Notes under the pieces: model-generated | The model's input: the letters and a program-made list of their open reading frames with translations, nothing else | Told to the model about the DNA's origin: nothing | The model's database searches: none | DNA from: Trichosphaerium sp. ATCC 40318 | Taxonomy: Eukaryota; Protista; Tubulinea | Reading direction: 5' to 3' | NCBI GenBank assembly: GCA_038496445.1 | Contig: JALMLS010000371.1 | Location: 9,456 to 73,455, forward strand | DNA length: 64,000 bases | Translations under genes and position numbers: made by a program | Part shown: positions 24,703 through 35,469 of the stretch, piece by piece | How positions within the stretch are numbered: position 1 is the stretch's first letter | Layout: each line of letters begins with the position of its first letter

Positions 24703-26670
24703 TTATTTAAATAGCCTAGAGTGCCATGGACACATCAAGTGTATAGGAACCAGCGTCATTACAAGATAAAAACCGAGTTGTACATAGTTCATTGTAAGAA
24801 AAGAACCTACATTTAATGAGATCAACTTGTTTAGGTATAAAGAAAGGCGTACCGCTGTGTTTCTCAACAATGATGTACAAGAATAAATACTGTATCAAGT
24901 TCACTACACCTACGTGGTGTAAGATTACAGTAGTTCAATGTTATACTCACCAGCAATGAACCCAGCAAGGCCATACAACTTTCCAATATTGGCGTAGCCG
25001 AAAATCTTTACAAGGTACATCGTACACACAGAGTAGAACCTAGATGTAATTATGAAACGCCTATACGCCAGTGTATCATACCACATCCTATGAATGGAGA
25101 AAACAATAAACAAAAAGAACCAAAGTTCATCAACTAGCAACTGTTAGATTACAGCATAAGTTTGATTTGAAGCTCACTTTTAATGAAAATGAGGAATGAC
25201 GCCAATAACCCCATGAAATGTACAATGGCGAAGTTAAAGACATGTGAGTATTTAGATAGATAACCTACGTTGTGTATTTAATAACTGATGTGTTGTAAAT
25301 ACTGTGTTCTTACTGATTAATGGTGCGACGATAAAAGCAGCAGGAACTGTCGCGCTGAACACTTTGACAAGAAATTCTGTCCTGTCCACTTCCAAAAAGT
25401 CGTTCAATCTGGCTTCTATAGTCCCAAAGAAAAAGTTCATCCACAGCGTCTAACTCAATTATTATTGGCGAAGTATGGGTTGAATGATTCATCTCAAATC
25501 CGTACTCCACTAGCGAAATAGAAGATGAAGAAAATGTACTCCAATGTGAAGAGTTGTTTATAAAAAGAGAGGTCCGAGTGAACACTAAACTTCCGCTTTT
25601 GTATCAACGTGTCTGTTATTGTGAACTTTTCTTCTCTGCCATCACTGGTATTGTTTTGTAATCCAGCAAAAGGTTCTTCAGCTGGCCCTGATTGAGGATC
25701 ACCTGCAACATGTCAAACAAAAAATATTTTAAACTCCCATCAAAACCTTTTGCTCCGGTTGGCCAAAAAAACGTGAAGAGCATCCCAACTGCAGGCATGA
25801 TTATCAAGTATTTAAAGAATATAACAGACTCGATCCCAATTGCTTCGTAGACGTACTATAAAATGCATGAAAAGGAAGACTTAATCATGATTGTCTTTTA
25901 ACAAAGTTCATACCCAGTATCCTAGAAATAAGCCTGCACTGGCATCAAACGCACAAACTATGAGTACGAGCACTACTTTATTCCACTTCCCGTATGCTTC
26001 ACTGAGCCTGAATAGAGAAAAGTAAATGAACATACCACTCACACTCATAATCACATAACCAGGTATAAAAGCGTTAAACCCTACACGCAACAATTACAAG
26101 ATGAACAACACAACGTTAAAAATACGCAAAATATGCACCTGAAGGTGTCCGGGCGTCGGAGAAACTGAGAAGAATAAAACTGATTGTGAGTGTCAACCAA
26201 CCAATAGCAATAGAACGACGTGGTCCTATCCAATCGAGAACAAAACCAGCAGGCAACTGGGCAGCTACAAAAAAAAACCCAGAAGTTATTTTTCATTTAA
26301 TCACGTGATTTTAACTTACCAACTAGACAACTGACTGAAATGGTGTAGATTAAATTCAAACCAAGCTCTTGTTCCTCGCACTATTCTATTTTGAGTTTTA
26401 AAAACACTAATATGGTTATTACAGTGTCTGGAGGCGCTATCTCGGCTTTACACCTATGTATGAACTGTCCTTCGTGCTTATACACTATATAACGGATTGG
26501 AAGGCGTAATTAATACAGAACTTACCTAGAAGTATTGCAGGCCATCCATACATTATTCCGGTGCATGTAAACGCTAAAATGATGACAAAGAACAAAGATA
26601 GCATTCTACTGATTGGCTTCTTTGGGTTCATTTGAAACATATAAAACAACTTCCATATTTTCTCAAGCAT
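24703..26670 (-). CDS. MFS transporter, SLC43/LAT3-Fmp42-like, multi-exon
   Basis: TGIMYGWPAIL, CEEQELGLNLIY, PAGFVLDWIGPR, CAFDASA, FGYANIGKLYGL. Confidence 0.8.
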
Positions 26671-26852
26671 TTGCCTTTAAACTCGCACTGAAATCAAAAA
26701 AAAAAGACAGAAAAATCACGTGTCAAAACTTAATTCAAAATTTGTACAAAAAGTTAAGCCTTGTTTTTTTATAGTATAGTATAGTACTTCTAATTACACG
26801 TTACAGGGGTAGAAGCCTATGATGCTAGAATAAGTACCAAAGTTAACGAAAT

Positions 26853-29800
26853 TTAAATAAATCCGTGCATGACACTGGTTGACTTTGATTTTTCAGCTCT
26901 CTGATTTCTCCTAGAGTTGATGGACAGTCTGGATGATCCTCTCAAGAATTTTATACTGGTAAGAGTAAGATTGGAGAGTAAGTCTTGGTTTCTAAGTATA
27001 GACGCACTCCATGTTTTCAACTGCTCTGCGCACTTTCTTGAATGTTGGACGATCAATAGGATCGTATTGCCAACAACGTTGCATCAGGAACTGCCAAAAG
27101 AATGAGCATTTTGGCATCTCTAGCTTAACACCTCCAAGGATACTCTCTTTTATGTCCTCTGTCGACTCCCTAACCAAACCACTTACTAACACAGCTATAT
27201 AAATATACAAAGGACGTACCATGGTCTCTTTCTTGTATGCATCTCCCAAACTACAATACCGAAGCTGTACACATCGACTTTGCTGTTATATCCATGTTTA
27301 CCAAATATCTCAGGAGCACAGTAAGCCAGTGTACCTATTTACAGAGGGTTAGAGGCGCTATAATTACGATAAAGGTTCTGTCGATAGTACCAACTTGAGA
27401 TTTTATTCGGCTATTCTTCTCGATCGCTACAGCCAGTCCTTGGGTTGCCGGTTAGAACAGAATTCATCAGACAGTTTATTATGTATAGTACCAAAGTCTC
27501 CAACTTTAACATTCTGCCAACGGTCGCATACAAACAAGTTATCAGTCTTGAGATCTCTGTGAATAAATCCCTTGCTATGCAGGTACGCTACTGCCTCACT
27601 AGTATCCATGGCAACCTAATATCAGCGTCAGTCTCCACGTCTATGCTGTTCACGTGACCTTTCTTATCCTTGCTTCTGTAATTGCCACCCGTCTATCATC
27701 TCTACACAATTATTTAGCCCTTAATATTGCTAATAGTGTGTACAGAAGATCTCTGAGGGATCCAAAAGGTACTAATTCAGTGACAATACTGAGGTAAGGA
27801 TCTTCTAAACTTTTGATTAGCCATTCAAGAATTGTCGTAAATATATTCTTCACTTGCCGATACAAGCTCCTATCAGCCTCAGAATATTAGGATGGTTCGT
27901 TACTTGACTACATTCGTGAATATATGAGAGCAACAGCTATAAATGTCTAACCTCATCATCAACACCTCTGTAACAAACTGCTCCAAGAAAAGAGTCTCTA
28001 TATATAAAAATTAGCACCAAACAATACGAGAGAGGGGAAGCATACCCATATCAGCAAACTTGATAATTTTGATGGCAACTAATAGGCGGACGAGTTAATC
28101 TTTGATCCAAAATTTTTGGCTTACCTTCTTCTCCGCGGTAGTGGCCACTATAGACTACACCCATCGACCCTTCACCAAGGCGTTTGTCACTTTGGTATAG
28201 ATCAACACGCTATTTAGGTAAAGTTAGATGAGCTTGAAAGACAACCAGTGCAAACCTTTATCAGCTTGTTCATGTTTATTTCAACCTCGTGCAGAAGTTT
28301 ACTTCGTTCGTCGTATTGGTCATCACGGAGGAATTGTTCGGGCTGGAATCTGTATGTCTCTAGAAGTACACACGTTAACGGTTATGGACTAAAGGGCAAG
28401 TGTAGGGGTACCTATCAACTCTATAAAGTCCAAGCGAATAATCTAAGAAAATTATTTGGTAGAACAAACAAAACTAGGAATTGTTGTACCATTACTATTG
28501 GACCAATTTCGTAGATGACATATATAGTGAAAAGAATAACAGCTTCTATAAATTCATCACTATCGAATCCTACGACTGCTCCTTCCAGTCTAAAAAATTT
28601 GAGTTAAACACAAAGCGCTTAATACCCGAGGATTTGTACAGTGCTGCAGCCGGTACAATGTTGAGCACCATGTGACAAACTATTGCGAAAACCCATGTCC
28701 AGAATACTATCGTAAACTAACGTCATAAGGAGTTAAAACCATGTTGCTATTGTAACTAACGCACGTGCAGTCTTTTCATCTTCGCAGTATGACCAAGTTT
28801 GGACTAACACATATTAATGAAAAAAAAAGTAAAAGAGAATCACATACTTTCTCTCCTCTGACAGTACAACGCATGAAAGATATAACAGCAATGGTGAAAA
28901 CAAACCATCCAAACTGTACACTGCCTTCACACTTGTTAATGGGAACATACAAATAGTATCGTACCTAGAATAAGCCTGTAATAGATTGCCATACTAGTGT
29001 CATCCAATACTGCGCTGAAAACAACTAAACAAATCTTCTCAAACAAATCATTATCGATATTGTTAATGATTATAAACATATCTTCAACGTACAATTATTG
29101 CAGTTGATACTGTAGATACGACAATAATTTCAACCCAAGCAAATTTGGTGTTGGTTGATGGGTTACTGAAGAAGAATATGTTTCTCCGTGACATAAAAAT
29201 ATCGGCCCTTATTTGCTTCGTTAGTTCCAACAGTACCTGCCAAAAAAACGCACCAGTAATGAAGTAAACAGACATAAGGCACAAACATGAGGATTTGTGG
29301 TAGACTCCAAAGAGGTATAACTTGCAGAAAAGTTAAAAGAATTCAATTCCAAATTCTCATTTTTTTACTATGCTGATAAAAAACCGCGTATTTTAATTAT
29401 GGATAAACGATTGGTATTGCAATAGGATGCAGCCACGTGCGAATATTCGTTTAAACAACCTTTAGACTTTTTTCAAAAAATAACGTACGATAGTGCAGCT
29501 TATTATGCACAGTAGTGTTGGCGTCCCATTTGTCAGGGCAGAATTTATTAAATAAAGCTGTAACAATGAAGAAAGCTGCCCTTGCTACGATAAAGTTAAC
29601 AATACGTGCGTAATGATAGTATTACCAAGGCAAGCGACGGATATAAAAGCCAATAAAAAGAATACTCTTTTGTTTTCACGTTTTCTGGCAAAAAGCTGCC
29701 AACACGTGTATGCTGATATGACTAGTAATAAAAAGCTGTTTAGAAAACAGAAGCTCGTTGTGAGAGGTGTGTACGGAGAAATATGCCTCCAAGGATTACC

Positions 29801-29880
29801 GACACTGCTGGGGCTGTGTTGAGCGACGCATTACCTTCGATCGTACAAAGAGTGCCATTGGTTTCGCCTGTGTCGTTCAT
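26853..29880 (-). CDS. 7TM (GPR137/TOM1-THH1-like) domain fused to a TKL protein kinase, multi-exon
   Basis: Hydrophobic exons incl. [20 protein letters not shown] and [12 protein letters not shown] splice in frame into [43 protein letters not shown]. Confidence 0.8.
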
Positions 29881-29959
29881 TTTTGAAAACTTTCAGACAC
29901 GACCCGTCGTGTCGTTTCGTTTTTTTTGAAACACGTGTTTTTTTGCGAATTATGGAAAA

Positions 29960-32491
29960 ATGGGGTTTTTAAAGTCTCCGTCTAGTCATTCGAGACATTT
30001 CGTACGGCATTTCCTAAACGTTGCGATGAAGCATAGATCACTTGCGGGACAAGTAATAAAGTACGGGGTTATAGTGCTGGCATTGTCGACGCTTTACTTT
30101 TTGCGTGACATTCAAGACGATGAAGCGCCTCAAAAGCGTATACACAGAGTCTTACTTGAAGAGATGGAAGAAGATGACATTAAAAAAGAATGTGCTCAGT
30201 ACGTATTTTAGATTAAACTATGTTTTTAAGCTTAATTGACGCGTCTAAGCCCTGGAAAACAGACGTGTGGCTTTCTTAAAGAAAATTGCCCACCAGATGG
30301 ATACATTGACTATATTGGGCTTTATTATTGTAGTAGGCCTCCTAAATGGCTCTCATTCATCGTATTCGTATGCTTCTTGACATTTACCTAACCTAAATTT
30401 GTACACATGTATTATGCCTTGCCATTAACAAGCGTAGTTGTGTTGGTTGATAGTCCTTTTTTATATTTTGGGTGTTTCCGCCGATGATTTCTTTTGGTAA
30501 GTGTCACTTTTTGTGTAACTTTTTTCACTTACCTGTTTATAGCCCTACCCTAGAGGTTATCTCAGATGCACTTCATATGGGTCCTGAATTGGCTGTATCC
30601 TTTTTTTTCTATCAAAGTTTTTTTACTGAATATTGCCTTTTGGATTGATAAGAAATTTCCTCCTTGACGAGTTTTCAGGGTTTGACGCTCCTTGCTCTAG
30701 GAAACGGTGCCCCCGATGTATCTACGACTATTATTGCGATTAATGGTGCCACCGACAGTTTTGGTACATCTATTGGCGAGCTTCTAGGTAAGAGGAGCTA
30801 GCTCCTTCAGTATCTTCTTAAATTTAAGTTCCAATCAGGTGCTGGAGTATTTGTTACGACAATGGTTGTTGGTGCTGTGGCTATAGTATCTTTAGCGGAC
30901 TTGGATCGTCTTAATTTTTTACGTGATATTGTCTTCTATGTCATCGGATTGCTTGCGATTATAGCTATCGTATGGGATAGGAAGATATATCTTTATGAAA
31001 GTATTGCATTCTTGTTGTATTACTTTGGGTAAACGTGTTCAACTTTTAGTACTAACGGATGTACATTAACAAGCTTTAGTTATGTTGGATTTGCAGCATC
31101 TATTAATTATTGTACATGTTTCTCAAAGAAGGTAGATGATGAAGAGGCTCCAGAAGGTTATGGTGCCATTCAAAACGATTCTGTAACTGCAGAGCTAGGT
31201 ACTAACCTTGAACATCAATATAGTAATGTCTGTTGACAAAAAACTTGTAGAAGAAATAGAGAAGATGGGAGAAGACAGCGAAGCTGAGGCGTTTTCTTTT
31301 GTTGGATTCGTATGGTTTTTTTTCAAACACCTCACCCGCTCTGTTTTTTTCGCACGTGCGTTTATCTGAACCTTGGTTTTAGAAAAATGATTGGGACAAA
31401 AAAACAGTGTTTGGAAAAGTTGTATTTGCTTTCAGTTTTCCATTTGTAGTATGGTAAGTGGGAAGCTGTCAAACGCGTTTTTTTACCATATTTTGTTGAT
31501 GTTTGTTTTTAGGTTAGTCATCTCTATTCCGAACACTGAGAGGTGGAACCGCTATGCAGCAAGTTTGGTCCCCATGTCTATGCCAATGTTAGTTTTTGTT
31601 GCTATAAATGATTTCAGCGCATCAATACACATGGGTTCTGTTGACTTTCCAGTGTGGGCTCTCTGTCTCAGTACTTTTTTAATTTATTTTTGTTTTTTTG
31701 GATTCGTGTCCTCTAAACTCTCCTTTCAGTTATAGGATCTCTAGTTTCCATAGTTGTATTCCTCACAACAAAGACATACTCAAAACCTATCTACCATCCT
31801 GTACGATACTTGTTGTGCGAGATGACGAAAACTGACATTTTTTTTTAAAGGTGTTTGTATTGTTAGCTTTTGCAAACTGCATTCTTTGGATTTTTGTGGT
31901 TTCTTCAGAGGTAGTTTCGCTTCTGAAGGCATTAGGACATATTCTAAGTATATCAGATATCATTTTAGGCGCAACAGTACTTGCTTGGGGAAATTCAATA
32001 GGCGGCACGTGACATTTTTTTTCAAAAATACAACACTTGAAAACTTACTTCTTTGTAGATTTCGTTGCAGATGTCCTTATGGCCAAACGCGGTTTACCTA
32101 AGATGGCGATAGCTGCGGCATATGGAGGACCTCTTTTCAGTATCCAATACTTTTTAGAAAACCCACAAAAACATGAACAAGTTCATTTGTATTTTTTTTT
32201 CTCCTTAATTTGTTTCCAGATTTGCTTTTCGGATTGGGTGTTGGTATGACTTGGAAGACAGCTACTACTTTCCCTAAGCACTACCATATTAATGTACCAA
32301 GCCTAAACGAGTTTTATTGCTCTGCGTTCTTTCTCGGTGGAAGTCTTGTAGGTAGCTGCGCTGTCATCTCATTTAACAAATTTTTCATTCCTAAAAAATG
32401 GGCAATTGTGTTGGTTGTATGGTACCTACTGTACACTCTTTTTCTTATTCTACTTGAATTTGAAGTTATATTCCCACACCACAAGAAGTAG
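29960..32491 (+). CDS. Cation/Ca2+ exchanger (NCLX/CCX, SLC8B1-like), multi-exon
   Basis: alpha-1 GLTLLALGNGAPDV and alpha-2 GATVLAWGNSIGDFVAD repeats; MAIAAAYGGPLFN. Confidence 0.92.
30595..30678 (+). other. U12-type (minor spliceosome) GT-AG intron
   Basis: 5' GTATCCTTT; branch TCCTTGAC at 30661-30668, ~11 nt before the 3' end; removal restores ELA|GLTLLALGNG. Confidence 0.85.
32005..32058 (+). other. GC-AG intron
   Basis: Removing GCACGT...TGTAG restores the conserved GNSIGDFVAD; no suitable GT at that position. Confidence 0.75.
32140..32219 (+). other. Probable U12-type intron
   Basis: 5' GTATCCAAT; branch TCCTTAAT ~11 nt before the 3' end; removal restores GPLFN-LLFGLG. Confidence 0.7.
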
Positions 32492-33172
32492 ATGGATTTG
32501 GTATTAAGAAGGCTCTGAATGATTCGACAAACGCGATTTTGAAAAAACAACTGTTGGCGTTTTGTACACATTTTATAAATACACTCTTTGTTGTACCTCT
32601 TTGTAATTATATTTCCACTGGCCTTGAGCTTGATTTAACTCTTAAAAAACTCATGTTGACAATTGAGAGTTGTATCCTTAGGATGCATAAAATATAGCAT
32701 ATTCTCCACGACACTTTTGCTTCGGGAATTGATGTGAAAAAAAGTCATTTCGTCTTTCAAGCCTGTGTGCAAGGTCGTTAACTCCCTATGTGGGAAAAAA
32801 CCAGTGTTGACTGCCTCGTAGGCGATCATTCAGAGACGTGTTGAAAGCTACAGCATTGTATGGCTCTAAATGCTTCCGAACCTGTCAGCAGTATTTTGGG
32901 CATTAAGACCCGGATTTATAGTATGTACACGGAGCTGGCTTTATTTTTTATTGTAGATACTTTATCCTACAAGATATTTTCACGTGTTACTGGGTACCTC
33001 AAAGAAACGTAATGATATTGGTGACGGTTGAAGTTGTACAAACCCTTGTGAAAGTTCAAACCATACAAGCTTTACTAGATGAAGCCATAGAACCACTCAG
33101 TAGGGCGCATTCATTAAACCTAGCTGTAGTCTTGACTAGTGGCTAAACTGTTTATTTGGTATACATGAGCAT

Positions 33173-33832
33173 TTACTTGTACAGCATATTAATACCAAAC
33201 ATTGCAGCGCACTCCGTTGTAATGCCAATATGTGAACAATTGATCGATAGTGTTTTAAGAGATTTAAAGTACATCAAGGAGTCATCTGTTAAATCAAGAA
33301 TGGAACAATAAGATAGTTCAAGGTGTTCAAGGTTTACCAAATTCTTTAAACAAGCTTCTGTTATATTCTTGCTATGATTCAGTCTGAGGTGCTTGACATT
33401 AGACAAGGATTTTATGTGTTCATTGGATGTATTGCCAAGATGTACAAAGTATACATCCTTGAGTGCTTTTATACCTTCAGCTGTGATTTTCGAACAGTAA
33501 GCAATAGCAATTGAGTGTACAGTACTCAGTGTATTTAATGAAGCATCTGTTATTAGAGTACGTGTCACATTAATGGTATGAACACCTTTTAGTGCTTTAA
33601 TACCTTCATCAGTTACTTGACTACAACCACTGAGGTCAATGGCGTGAACGCCCTTAAGTGCTTTAATGCCTTCATCTGTTATTTGACTACAACCACTGAG
33701 GTCAATAGAATGAACACCTGCCAGGCAAGCCAAATCATTATCTGAGGATTCCTTATTGCATTTCATCACAGTGTTTTTAAGCAATGGGCTACCTTTTAGA
33801 GCAACACAATCTAATGGTTCTTTCATACGCAA
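33173..33832 (-). CDS. Intronless LRR protein (GVHxIDLSGC repeats), 5'-truncated paralog of 34127-35359, possibly a pseudogene
   Basis: Shares CxxLxxSPLLKN...DxDLAxLxGVH with the neighbour but lacks the F-box; has an internal 75-bp duplication. Confidence 0.75.
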   Translation of the reverse strand: MRMKEPLDCVALKGSPLLKNTVMKCNKESSDNDLACLAGVHSIDLSGCSQITDEGIKALKGVHAIDLSGCSQVTDEGIKALKGVHTINVTRTLITDASLNTLSTVHSIAIAYCSKITAEGIKALKDVYFVHLGNTSNEHIKSLSNVKHLRLNHSKNITEACLKNLVNLEHLELSYCSILDLTDDSLMYFKSLKTLSINCSHIGITTECAAMFGINMLYK

Positions 33833-34126
33833 ATAGACAAATCCAATATTAGTACGTATTGTTAAACATGCGAGAAACAGCAGAAGCTGTTATACGATCG
33901 TTTTTTTGTAAATAAAATAGAATGTGTGTTAATGTCTCTGGTGGAAGATGCTGTGGCGTTTTTTCATTTTTTGGCGATGTTTCGCAATGATTTGCCATAA
34001 TAACAGAGCTGGAAACTTTTTATGTGATTGACTTTCAGCGACTGGCTTGATCGCCTATTTTTTCATCTTTTGTCAATATTAGCGGCCTGGCCAGACCCCT
34101 TGTTACAATCGCGACAATTAGGCTTA

Positions 34127-35359
34127 ATGGCGAGCGTATACAAAGAAACCAAAATGTTTAAGCATTCCACAAGCGACTTGAACTATATTGAGCTTTTGGA
34201 TGTACCAACAGAGATACTGGCTCATTTACTTGCGTTTGTAGACCGTTCTTCTCGATTTCTTGTTTCTCAAAGCTGTAGACGTTTATCAGACATAATTCAC
34301 CATCACGTTGGATACGATGTTATCAAAGTTAACTCTACTGAAAGTTGTGCCCTTCTTTCAAAAAGTCCTCTCCTCAAAAACAGCAAAATAATATTTTGGA
34401 AGAAAGGAACTGACACAGATCTTGCTTTTCTTTCTGGTGTTCATGAAATAGGAATAATGTTAAACAAGAACATAACAGATGCAGGATTAAAGAGTATTTG
34501 TGGTGTACATAGTTTAGTATTGGCAAGATGTCCACAAATTACAGATGCAGGAGTAGTACCACTAGTGAAACATCTCAAACACATTGCTTTGAAGAGAAAC
34601 GCCAAAATGACAGCATCAGGTATCAAAGCACTAGCAGGTATACGAAGTGTCTATATTGCTCACTCAAATGTTACAGATGACATATTGTCCATGTTTTCTG
34701 GAGTACACAATATATCATTACAGGGATGTGCCCTGATAACATGCAAAGGTGTTTCAGCATTAGCTGGAGTACACACAATTGATTTAAGTGGAACTTTTGT
34801 CAACAATGAAAGTGTTTCATCATTGGCTGGTGTACATACCATACTATTGAGCAGAACATCTGTCACAGATGTATCAGTACTGGCTGGTGTACATACAATA
34901 TATTTAAGTGGAACACCAATCACAGATAAAGGTATTTCAGCGTTGGGCGGTGTACACACCATATATTTGAACAGAACATCTATCACAGACGTATCAGCAT
35001 TGGCTGGTGCACACATAATAAGTTTACGTAGTTGTCAACTCATCACAGACAAGAGCTTATCAAAACTAGTTGGTGTTCATACAATTAATTTATCACAATG
35101 TATGAGTATTACTGCGTCGTGTATGAAAAGTCTTGCTGGTGCACATACCATTGATTTGTCATCCACAAATGCAACAGATGATTGGCTTGTTCCTCTCAGT
35201 CGTGTAAAAAAAATACGATTGTATGAATGTCAGCAGATTACAGAGAAGGGTATTGAAGCGCTGTTAAGCGTCCGTGAAATAACTCTATCAAAAAGGTATA
35301 CTTCAAAAGAAACTATAAATACTCTAAAAGAAAAAGGCATAAATGTAAAAGCACTCTAA
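34127..35359 (+). CDS. Intronless F-box/LRR protein
   Basis: LLDVPTEILAHLLAFV F-box; ~12 LAGVHTIxLSxTxITD repeats. Confidence 0.9.
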   Translation: MASVYKETKMFKHSTSDLNYIELLDVPTEILAHLLAFVDRSSRFLVSQSCRRLSDIIHHHVGYDVIKVNSTESCALLSKSPLLKNSKIIFWKKGTDTDLAFLSGVHEIGIMLNKNITDAGLKSICGVHSLVLARCPQITDAGVVPLVKHLKHIALKRNAKMTASGIKALAGIRSVYIAHSNVTDDILSMFSGVHNISLQGCALITCKGVSALAGVHTIDLSGTFVNNESVSSLAGVHTILLSRTSVTDVSVLAGVHTIYLSGTPITDKGISALGGVHTIYLNRTSITDVSALAGAHIISLRSCQLITDKSLSKLVGVHTINLSQCMSITASCMKSLAGAHTIDLSSTNATDDWLVPLSRVKKIRLYECQQITEKGIEALLSVREITLSKRYTSKETINTLKEKGINVKAL

Positions 35360-35469
35360 AGCGTAGATTTCACAAAGTCTGTAGAATGTTGTTGAACTTT
35401 AATTTTATTTAACTGTATCACCCTTAGTGAGCCAATAAATGGATTGCGTTATCAAGGCAGGAGGGTCAT

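Noticed and set aside
32635-33060. Possible gene fragment on the minus strand
   Set aside because: Could not be spliced into a convincing model or assigned to a family; may be a pseudogene
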